The notes beneath the pieces were generated by a model. It did no database searches. It saw nothing but the letters and a program-made list of their open reading frames with translations, and was not told the origin of the DNA. Below, piece after piece: positions 1 through 10,499 of a stretch of 64,000 nucleotides of DNA. The stretch covers positions 973,083 to 1,037,082 of the forward strand of contig NW_019217823.1 in the NCBI RefSeq assembly GCF_002571385.2, in the 5' to 3' direction. How positions within the stretch are numbered: position 1 is the stretch's first letter; every line of letters starts with the position of its first letter. The position numbers and the translations under genes are program-made. This DNA is from Stylophora pistillata (lineage: Eukaryota).

Positions 1-583
1 TTGGGAGGTGAATCTGTGAAGTACAGTGGTGCCTTTAAATATCTTGGCGTTATTTTGGACAGCAGCCTTTCGATGAATCAGCATATCGATCATGTAAACT
101 AAGAAGAAAGTTTCTAAGATGTTGGGGATTCTCTCAAGAGCACGGCCATCATTAACAATCGAATCTGCGAATAGACTGTTTAAATCGATGATACTCCCAG
201 TCCTGGATTACTGCAGTGGCTGCAGTGGTGTCTTCCATAGATGTGGCAAAGGAAATGAAGAGGGTTTAGAATGTCTACAACCGCCTACCGGTTAGCTTTA
301 ACCACCTACCGGTTAGCTCAATGGATAGAGCGCTGGACTGTTGTGCGGGAGGTCGAGGGTTCGAGCCCCGGCCGGACCAACACTCAAGGTCTTAAAATAA
401 CTGAGAAGAATATGCTTCCTTTCTGTAACATCAAGAAATGGTTAGATATTCTAGTCTTCTCGGATAGGGACGAATAAATGGAGGTCCCGTCTCCTGCAGG
501 GTTAGGGGTAGGAGACGTTAATTTCCCACGCACGAGTATACTGTGTGATGGATGTCCTCCCCTGGGGTGGGTTGGGTGGCTGC

Positions 584-681
<98 letters not shown>

Positions 682-1113
682 ATAGTACTGAATAATGCCT
701 ATTTATCCACCGAACAGATGTTTACAAGCCTTGGTTGGGAAACTCTTGTTAAAAGAAGAGAAATCCACATCATTAATCTGGTAGAAAAGTGCCTTGAGGA
801 CTAGCTCCAAGTTATTTTACTAAATATTTTCAATCTAAAGGACATGATATTCATGATTATAATATTAGGAATAAGGACAGATTAGATACTGACAGGGTTA
901 AATTAGAATCAACCAAAAGAGAATTTTTTTTATAAAGGGGCCTATATATATAATGATTACCTATGAATCTAGTTCTAGTCTTCCTATCTCTTTTTATATA
1001 TATGTTCTTAGATTGTGTATGTGGCTTCTGTGACTTTTACAAACTTTTTTTTTTCCGCAGGACCCATGTTGATAGTAGCTTTTTATAACTGGATTGGTTA
1101 TCCTGCATAAATA

Positions 1114-1147
<34 letters not shown>

Positions 1148-1160
1148 ATTATTATTATTA
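1..1160 (+). mobile_element. 3' portion of a degenerate CR1/L2-clade LINE, interrupted by a SINE at ~281-680, ending in an (ATT)n tail
   Basis: Translates to FKYLGVILDSSLSMNQHIDHV..KKVSKMLGILSRAR..RLFKSMILPVLDYC, then after the SINE ..SLGWETLVKRRE. This is the typical post-RT region of LINE ORF2, with stops and frameshifts. (TTA)n tail at ~1116-1160. Confidence 0.85.
281..680 (+). mobile_element. tRNA-derived SINE with (TATC)n tail
   Basis: Pol III A-box-like TAGCTCAATGG (314) and B-box GGTTCGAGCCC (358). Central block CTCGGATAGGGACG..GGTCCCGTCTCCTGC is shared with the SINE at 41305. TATC repeats at 640-680. The 5' ~19 nt are duplicated at 280-298. Confidence 0.85.
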
Positions 1161-1434
1161 ATGTAATTTACTTTTATAAGGATAATTTCGATGCACGTGT
1201 TTTTTGAAAACTGCTTTCAATATATTTTCAATATATATTAACTAGTAGTTGCTTTCGCGATTTTTATATGTAGGTCGTTTTTGTTATCAAAGTTAGTTTG
1301 GGTCTGATACGAGTCTAATCCAAGAGAACCGAATTTAATAAATGTATCAACTAATGTGTCAACTAATGTCAACTAATTTGGAAATGTCAACTAATTTGGA
1401 AATGTACGAGAAAAAAAAACTATTACCCACGCGA

Positions 1435-1435
<1 letters not shown>

Positions 1436-1477
<42 letters not shown>
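1436..1477. repeat. (ATT)n microsatellite
   Basis: About 14 perfect ATT units. Confidence 0.95.
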
Positions 1478-1478
<1 letters not shown>

Positions 1479-1559
1479 CGAGCAATTGTTGTTCAGTATA
1501 AGATGACAACAGCAATGCAGAAAACGTCTTTCCTCAAATATTGAAGTTACACTCCATAT

Positions 1560-4117
1560 CTAGGTAGAGCTAGAGTGGCAGACGTTGCCAATGTACGCCA
1601 CATCCACATGCCGCCCGTAATCCTTTTTAATCACGAATCTCAGTTTAACATTGCACTCTGGATACTTGCACTCAGCCCCTCCCCTGAAAAACACGGACGA
1701 GTGCATCTTGCGCGAGTTCTCTGATCTCACGTGATTATTCTTGAAGCGCAAACTGCACCATGGGTTGCTTTCCTTCACTTTGTTGAGGAATATGCGAGTC
1801 CAGTCCCCGCTCAGTAGACGGCCGCCGCTTGGAAATGTCTTGATTGGCATCTTGGCCCAATCTTCCTCCGTCAGCCTGAATCTCGCAGTCGTGCCGTCTA
1901 TGTTCACACGAAAGAACATTTCTTGTAACTCCTCATCATCTTTCTCTTCTTCAGAATGATCGGAGTCCTAAATCAAACAAAAAATAATTTGATTACTCTT
2001 TTGATTGCTTAAAAAACAACTTTCGAAAACTGCACTTGCACCGAGATCTTTCTGAGTTTTCTCTTGTCATCGATGAATCATGAAAAGCTGGCCTAAGGTG
2101 GAAGGCGGGGGGGGGATCGTCTAAAAGAAGATTAAAACCTTGTACCTAGCTGCAGAACGAAAGCTGACTTTCGTATGGGAATTTCACATGAAAAATTTTC
2201 TAAAAAGAGGAGAAAAGACGGTAGATTCAATGAGTTGTTAAAACTAAAGCCAGTGGTATTCAGGACTACTTAGACAAGGCGATTAAAAATTCGCCATCAT
2301 ACAATTGAAAATTTGTATTACGTTTTCCAGTGGTCTTTTTCTCGATGATGGCCATGTCTGATTTCCTCCTGCACAGTGTTTAGACGTTTCTTTTGTCTCC
2401 TGGACCTGATTGTGAATAAAAATAAAATATAAATTAAAATCCTTCAGCTCCTAATTTTCAATATGGTGGCCGAAGGCTATCCCATCACTCTTTCTACTGA
2501 TTCTCAAAATGTACAGGTGTCAGCGGACTACACCTGAATCGCATCAGCTGATCTCGCACCCGCCTGTTTGAGTGGAGACAGAGTAGAAAATGTGGCTGAA
2601 CCGTACCTCCTCTCCCTTTAACCACACCTTGTGCAGTGAAATTTTCGTCTTTCATCGTAAGTTAGTAGGCATGGTTGTATTTTAAGAAACATTACCTACG
2701 TAAGTCAAAGGTTTACCTGATTGACACCATAAGAAACATGACGCAACAGCGCAGACAGCCGAGTCAACTGATTAAAACTCCAACTTGCGAACTCAATCGT
2801 GGGAAAATGCTTTTAGTTCAAAACGATACAGACTTGCTAACGCTTGATGCTGAATTAAATATGTTTTGCAATGAGCAGGGTTATACTGTCTACAATTGAT
2901 ACTTTAACTAACCCTACCTCACTCTCTTGCGTAAGCATGATGACCGATGTTCGTGTGTTTTGTGTGCCAGGGGTTGTTGGAGATAATGCCGGTTGTGGCC
3001 GGCTCGCTACAACACAGTGGCAACGAGGACAAGTCGCGATGAATCCTCTCCCGTTGATAGTTGTTTCTTGAGAAGTTAAGGGAAGATATTCGGATCGAAT
3101 CCTTCCATCGGAGCTTGTTTGGTTAATGAAATTGCTCCCTCCTTTATTTGCTTTCTCGTATGCTTGGCTGGTTAATTCTCGTTGGAGCTTAGCGTGGTAG
3201 AGTGGTGCCCCATCTGGCAAACTAACTTTTTTTTTAAACGAAGTACCGGCTTTGCTGCATGTCTGATTAAGTGGAAAGCTCTGTCTGGGTTGAATGAACT
3301 GTGAGTTTTCTCTTTGTGTCTCCTGATGAAAATTCCTTTCCTCACCATCGTTATTTTCTCGAATGAGATAAACCATGGTAGCACGTACCTCCTCAGGACT
3401 TTTCATTTGATCCGATTGAATGCCGCCCAGATATTCTTCTCTAGGATAAGTCGTATGAGAAGACATTGTTCCATTTGGATCCTTCTCCCTTGAATTACCC
3501 ACACGGTAGGGATCTACATCCCTGGGGATGTCCATGGCGTTAGTTGGAATGCCCTTGGAATCCATTTCATTCGAATCAACTGAGAGGTGATTAGGAATCA
3601 TATTGGTAGAACTTGTTGGACGAGAATGAAAGGCATTTTCACCAGGTGGCCGTATGGGAATGTCTCTGGGAATATCCATAACGTAAGATGAGATACCCAT
3701 AAGATTTGTTTCCCTTGGATCAACTATGTGGTGGTATGAATTCATTTTCGTAGAAGTTGTTGGAAGAGACTGAAGAAGATTATCTATTTGTGAACTTAAG
3801 CCCACTGCATACGGCTGCATCCTATCTTGAATATCCGTTGGGCTTAACGTTGCTTCCCAGGGGGTGCTCTTAGTACAACTTGAAGGTGACATTTGGTTTG
3901 CAGCTGTGCTTCTGTGGGGCACTGATCCACGAAATCTTATTCCACTTTTGAAACTATCCAAGTAGCGTGGTTCTTCTGGTCGACAAGATTGTAATGCCTT
4001 TCCAAAATTGCCTCCAGAAGTTTGCATCTCACCTTGAATTTCCGCTCCATGTGAATTTGAAGATTCATCAAGGGTCCAAACTTGATGAGGCGTTGCTGTA
4101 TTTAAGTAAAACTCCAT
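1560..4117 (-). CDS. Uncharacterised ~563-aa protein: long S/T/P-rich disordered region plus C-terminal WRKY/GCM1-like (MULE-transposase-type) zinc-finger domain
   Basis: Exons 4117-2918, 2405-2322 and 1967-1560, all GT-AG and phase 0; total 1692 nt, open throughout. In-frame TAA just upstream of ATG 4117. C-terminus W-TRIF..NPWCSLRFK..FFRGGAECKYPECNVKLRF..VAYIGNVCH. Confidence 0.75.
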
Positions 4118-5897
4118 TTTCAAACGAGATGATGTTTTAAGTCGACATCTATCGGCGGAAACGGGTTGGGTTAAAATGTCTATCTGCTTTGGTAACTAAC
4201 AACGTGACACTCTTCGTCAAACAAGTTCGGTAGGATGTCTGCAGTTTGAATTTCCTGTTTTTACATCATAACGAAAATGTGGCGTGAAATAAAAGTTTGT
4301 CAGCTGAACTGGTTCTCGATAGTGTCAGCCTTTTTCACAAGGTGGCGCCAGAGGAAATCTAAAACAGAAACGAAGACCAAACTCAAGTCACAGTTGGTTC
4401 GAATGCCGCCGAGGCGCAATCAGTGTGCCAGACTTAATTTGATAAAGTTAGACTTTGAACGACAATGAATTCAAATCAAATTTCCATAAGTTCAGGTTTC
4501 CAAGGTCGACTGAGGACAAATGCTAATCAAAATAGAAATTGAAGCAGACAATGTAGCAGAGCATGCAAATGAGCAAATCAAAATAGATAGTAAAAGGCAA
4601 ATATTTATCGTCTGGAATCCGGCCAGCCCTGTGGCAGTCTTTTCCACAATGGGCCGATACTATCGGCCCGATAGTCTGGCTGTAGCCCACCGTCCGTGAA
4701 CAGAGTAAATTTTGTTGGGATTTTTTTAAATGCCAACTCGAATAATACTTAGCTTCAATTGAAGTATTTGATGAACGCGAATGATGAGTTAAAGATTGAT
4801 TTCAAGACTACAACAGCCGATGATTCAATTTATACAGATCTTTTAACCAAAGATAAGTGTGGCATGAAATTTTCTCTAGAATTAGCTTTCCATCAAAAAT
4901 TCAGGCGGCGTTATTTTGAAATGGAACTAGATGTTCAATTTACAAAGGAATGTGTAGCAGCTGGAAAGGAGAATGCCACCTAAGAACTCGGAGGCTATGG
5001 CGATAACAGGGTTTGCATCCACACCCCCAAGGCTTCAGCCGAGCTACCTTGAGCAAGAAAACAAGAAATCTCTCTGGCATACTCACGTTTGATCACCAGG
5101 GGAGTATTTGAAGAAATTCTAAGGAGGAGTACATCAGCGAAGCCTTGAAACCCTGATCCTATCTAACACACGATCTTTTACTTTCCCTACTCAATCTAAT
5201 GCCAGCATTTCAGGGAGAATATTGAAACATACTGGTAACAAGATTATACAAATTGGTGCCACACATGAAGACTTGACATTGCCAAGGCCTGCATCTTTTC
5301 TGCAAGGCTTTAAAAACAGAAAGATCCCTTGTTCACGAGGCTACACAGTAAAATTGTATGCCTTTTTTAAAATTCGAGACCCAAAAAATCTTCCACTTTT
5401 TGAGAAGTTTACCCGTTCAGCTCCACTCTCCCCTCCCTCACCGTCCGAATCGCCGGGCGACTACATCTGTTATTGTCGAATGTCAAAACAGCCCGAGGCT
5501 AAAAATAAATCAATTGCGAGACTAGAAGATTCTGAGTCAAAACAAAACCAAACAATCTAAAGAGCGCCGCGTAGCAAACTTCCGGTTTTGCAATTCAGAC
5601 CATCCAATTCATCACTGGCACCGGAAGTTTTCATAGATTACGAAGAAACAGCTGTGACGCGTGCTCTTAGTAATTTCATCTCGTGTGATTGAATTGAATT
5701 AAAATCAGCACCTCTGAGGCGAAAATTACCGTAGTTTGTTTTAATATGAATTTGCATAAAATGCTACTTCCTTCAAGAATGGTTGTTTTAAAGTAGTTTT
5801 TGTTTGTTTTCTGTTAAATAAAGCAGGCTGATGTCTCGACCTGTCACGGCGGGCACTTTTAGAGGCTGTTAACTTGTATTTACCGTTACGATGAGTT

Positions 5898-7340
5898 ATT
5901 ACATGGTAAGGAATGATGCATGCACAAACCTCGTGATTTCAGCCGATTTTGTTAAATGCCAATACTGCACAAATGCTTGTTGTATTGGAGTGTTAAAACA
6001 TGTAAACGATTCCCGGTTGCTGTTCAGACCATCTGATTCTTAGTATTTATAACCCTGTTTAAGAAAGTACCTCTGGGCAAGTGAAATTCCACGCGTATGC
6101 AGCGAACATGCATTTAACTCATCAACCTGTGCCAGCAAAGATCGGCTGAACGCATCAGTGACCATGTGCAATCTTATGTAAATCCTTCTTGTCTTACCAG
6201 CACCCACCAGCGTTCGATATCCTTTAGCCAGTTCTTGTCCTAATTAAATTACCGCTTTAAAGCTGATTCCACACAAGGGGTAGGGAGAAGGGATTATAAA
6301 CACAGACGTCTGATACGTCTACAAAACAAAATAATTTGAATGCAGTCGCCGTAGAGTCTGGGGTCTTAAGAAGGAAGATGGGTCAAGATCAAGAGAGCGA
6401 CATCTTTGCACATACTCACGTGACATTGCTGCACTGCACGAAGTTTACACGTGCACGCGAGGCGGCAGTGTTCGTGCTGCACTCGTCTAAAAGGTTAAAA
6501 CTCTCATAAACCTCTTCACTGTCACTCACCCTCTTGCGATTCTCGAAAATTGTCTCTATCTCTGGATAATTCTATTACCTCCTCCCCCCGATTTCTATCA
6601 ACCATTGCCTGCGTGTCTGTGGCTCAGCACTGTATCCACTGTTACGACTTCACAATTAGCTTTTATTCAGTGGTCATTTACATAATCTCCCTTAACGACA
6701 AACTGTTACATGGAAAGAATTTAAACACGCAGAACGCTCGTGATTTTACCCGTTGTTGTTAATGTCTGTACAGCATGAACCCTTCTACTTATTTTAACAT
6801 GTTAATAAATTTAATCGATTCCTGGTTGCGGTGTATTAAATCATCTGATTCTGAGTCAATGCAATCTAGTTAATGAATCTACCCCTGATTTGAAAAATTT
6901 TCACGAGCGTGTGGCGAACAGTCTCGTCTAGTATCTGCGTCGAAATCATTAATCTGTGTTCGCAAAGATCGGCTTTAGTGCCTTTGTAATATGTATCCTT
7001 TCTGTGTTACTAGCACTTACCAACATTCGACAACTTTTCTTTTGCTAGTTCTTGCTAATTAAAGCTGATTCCTTGAGAGGAATAGGGGATAATGGGAAAC
7101 CTTAACTGTGAATCTACAAAACGAGATAACTAATATCCAGTCACTTTATATGACGTCTTATGAAAGAAAGTTAGTCAGGATCTAAAGGTCGACCCACTAC
7201 AGGACGTACTAGATCTGACTCGCACGTGCGCACGTGACACAGTTGTGTTGCTAGAAATTTGTCACGTGCGCGTAAGACAACTCTTCGTGTTCTCGAAGGT
7301 AAATCCGCTAGGAGAAGCTCCTTGGCCGTTTCCCTCTCTA
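5898..7340. repeat. Degenerate tandem duplication, period ~800 bp (copy 1 ~5898-6560, copy 2 ~6706-7340)
   Basis: Colinear shared anchors: TTACATGG, CTCGTGATTT, CGATTCCyGGTTGC, CATCTGATTCT, GCAAAGATCGGCT, TAAAGCTGATTCC, TCTACAAAAC, CACGTGACA, CACGTGCrCG. Confidence 0.8.
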
Positions 7341-8713
7341 CTGTTTCTATTGGTAATTGTCTGTGTTTCTTAGTCCAACTTAACCGCTCAAGGGGGAGGG
7401 GTAGGGGGTATTATTGCTATGGGCTTCAACAGTGCTCCCTGTGTTTCTCTCTCCCCAAGCTGCGCCTTTATTAAGCCCTTGGACAGACCCTCTTTGAAAT
7501 TTTCATCCAGACTAGGTTAACCAGATGTTTCTTACTTCTAGACCTGTCAGACAGTCACCCAATCTGAAGGAAGGCAAATGCTTATGGGAAATACCGGATG
7601 AAACAACATTGAAAAATAAAACAGATGACATAACAATTACTTATTTCAATTAATACTACATGATGTGCCAAGTCTGATCGAGTCTGATCTAATTAGCTCT
7701 TAGGGCCAGAAAAAGAAAATCCCGCACTTCTGACATTTAGCACGAAATTGATGTCTAGCTTTCCTTGGACTTCAATCAGTTGGACAATAAGCAACAAAAA
7801 GTTGGTTTCTTGGAAGTTAAATCTGTTTTGTTTTCTTTACCTTGAGTATTATCCAGCAAGGTGGGTTATTTGAACCTTTTTTTTAAATCAGCTCACATAC
7901 AATAAAAACTCACATTTGAGAAACCCATCTTGGAAAATGCTAATTGTTATTCACCAATAAAGAACCTTGCAGTCTGCTTTCTCAAGAGACTTCCAAACTT
8001 CACGAACCACTTAAAAAAAGTGTTTATCACTTTGCAACTTCCCCCAGTGCATGAGAGTTTGAGCTGAATTTCTGTAGAAGTTGAAGTAGGTAAACCAGTT
8101 TTGCAGCTAAGGATTTACCGCTTCACCTGCAGCTAAATGAACAAACCATATATACCTCACACCAGCATTTACAACATAGTTTAATACAAAAATTGAAAAT
8201 ATGTTTTTGCCCGGTTATACTAAAACTGGAAGAGGAAAACATTGTTCACATGTAATATCAAGTAAATTGAAAGATCGAAAATAAACAGTGACAATAACAA
8301 CAACAAAAACAACAACAACAAAGAAATAAGTGAAAAATAAAAAAAACTAGCTTCTTCCTGACTGAGTGTGAGGGCTGTACTAAGGAGGAATATTAGCCTG
8401 AATATTGGTCAAAATTGACCAAGAATCAATTACTGGAGGAAGCAAGGATAGTAAGTAGTTTAATAAATAGCACTTGGACCAAACTTGTTTATTTTGAATG
8501 TGCCAGCTTTTGCAACCAAAAATACATGGCTAATGACCGTTTCCCTGGAGATAGTCTGTATGGTAAAATATCAACCAAGTAAAAACCAATCAGCTTGCTT
8601 GGATTTACCTCTGAACTACATTGCCATATTGTGATTAGTAACCTCGTCACTGAAAATAACAAGTGGATAAACTGGATTCCCTGCTGGGCAGGTGTTAAGG
8701 TCTCCTACATGAT

Positions 8714-8862
8714 CAGGACTCAACACTAACTTTTCAACTTAGATGTTATGACAATGTCAGTTTGTTTACTAGCCACACTGGCTAGTGGAAATTGAAAACC
8801 ATTAGCCAAAGCTGAATTTCTACTAGTCTGTGGCCAGTGGGCTATCATTAGTACTGAGCCCT
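8714..8862. mobile_element. MITE with CAGG(G/A)CTCA termini and apparent 5-bp TSD (ATGAT)
   Basis: CAGGACTCAA...TGAGCCCTG flanked by ATGAT on both sides. Related inverted copies at ~11021-11134 and 45278-45440. Confidence 0.7.
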
Positions 8863-9591
8863 GATGATAACAACTACGGCGATGTAAATACATATCAAAT
8901 AATTAGTCCTGCGCCAAAGAGCCTTACTCTTTAAAATACAAATACAAAGTAAAAAAATTTTTTTCAAGCAGCAGGTTTACTTTTAATTATTGATAACATG
9001 TTCAATATATGCTGTAGAAGGAACTCTCGATTTATAAACAAATCAGTTCTTTTGGAAAATGCCTTTTGGGCATTTTAAAGACCTACCTATATTCCCGCTA
9101 TTGTCTTTAAGAAGTGCTAACCAGCTGTGTAAAAATTCTCAAACAACCACAAAATTTACTCTTCCTTACGAAAACATCAAAAAAATATTAAAACCCCAAT
9201 GCTTTCTTCCATGCAAAACAACACTGTTCTTGAGGTGAATTAAAGCAACATGATAACCCTATAATTGGAGCCATAACAGAAACCTAGACTCCACGAAACA
9301 ACAGATTACAGATCTCACCGCACTTGCAACCAACATCTAAATCTCATTTTACAAAAAAGCTAATAAAGAAGGCAAAAGAGACTCCATTCTTTTTGTTCCA
9401 ATTCTTCCACCAAAAAGTATCAAGCCCAAACTTGGAAAATTGGATGTCACTAAACAAATTTTAAAAATATTATTCCCTAAAATTGAAAACAATTCTTGTT
9501 TACTTTTTCTCACAGCTGAACAAATTGCGAGAAAAAAAAAACAAAAGAACAGAATTTTCATACAACTAAAGGTGGTTGTAAGACACAAGTA

Positions 9592-9778
9592 CAGTGGAAC
9601 CCCAATATAACGATATGCCAAGGGAGCAGTGGAATTCGATTGTTGTATCAAGTTATCATTATATCGAGACGGGGCTCTGTCCCATACATTTTACTGTAAC
9701 TTTTGCTGGGACATAGCATATTTATCGTTGTACTGGGAATATCGTTATATCAAGGATCGTTGTATCGGGGTTCCACTG
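9592..9778. mobile_element. Tc1/mariner (pogo/Tigger-like) MITE
   Basis: TIRs CAGTGGAACCCC / GGGGTTCCACTG with TA target-site duplication on both sides. Confidence 0.9.
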
Positions 9779-9949
9779 TAGATGTGAGTATACATGCATG
9801 TAGACACTTCAACCCCCTGCTTATTATTACCTCTTGTTAGGACACTTTGTCACCCATATCAGGGACTGAGGATAAACGTCACCCCCATGCATCTGTTCCC
9901 AAAAGTAGTGCACATGTCACATTTGTAACCACTGTGGTTCAAATTTATC

Positions 9950-10240
9950 TTCAGGACACAATGGCCTGATGGCTGCCTTGCAGAACTCTACATGAAAAGT
10001 GTAAATTCAAAGTCACAGTCCTGTGTTCTTGGAGAAGAAAATTCTTAATCCATCACAGTAATAAATGGGTATGAGAAAATTATCACAGTGATCATTTTAA
10101 AATGCTGAGGGGTGTGGACGAGTGAGCTTGTGGTAACCTAGAAACCCATCCGGGGAAAGTAATAAATAACTGCTCCTTGTTGCTATATAAGCTGCAGAAA
10201 CTGACATTGTGGCTTATTCAGTCTGCACCTTGTCTCTTTA
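9950..10240 (+). mobile_element. Highly degenerate CORE-type tRNA SINE
   Basis: Decayed tRNA-like head, CORE-like TGTGTTCTTGGAGAAGA..TCACAGT, and 3' block AAATGCTGAGGGG..CCCATCCGGGG..GCTGCAGAAACTG. Confidence 0.45.
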
Positions 10241-10499
10241 AGTTTCTCTAAAGTATCAGTGAGTATGTAATGAAGTAGGAATAAACCAAAGACAAAACTA
10301 AACCACATCACAGCCATACCTAATTCTATTTTATGCATGAAACTCTCCGCATGCACTTCACTTCAGCCTGCAGCAAGGAATGCTGCTTGCTTAACAAAGC
10401 CCATGGACAAGTGAATGACTATGTTTATCAATCAAGATTCCCATGAAATTACAGCACAGCTAGCTACATTCAGTGATGTTCTATCAAAACATACAAAGG

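Noticed and set aside
301-380. tRNA gene
   Set aside because: A/B boxes are present, but the sequence continues into a SINE body and microsatellite tail with no proper acceptor stem or terminator, so it is a SINE head.
498-512. Telomeric repeat or telomerase RNA template (GGGTTAGGGG)
   Set aside because: Single unit inside a dispersed SINE module, repeated at ~41470; no array and no telomerase RNA architecture.
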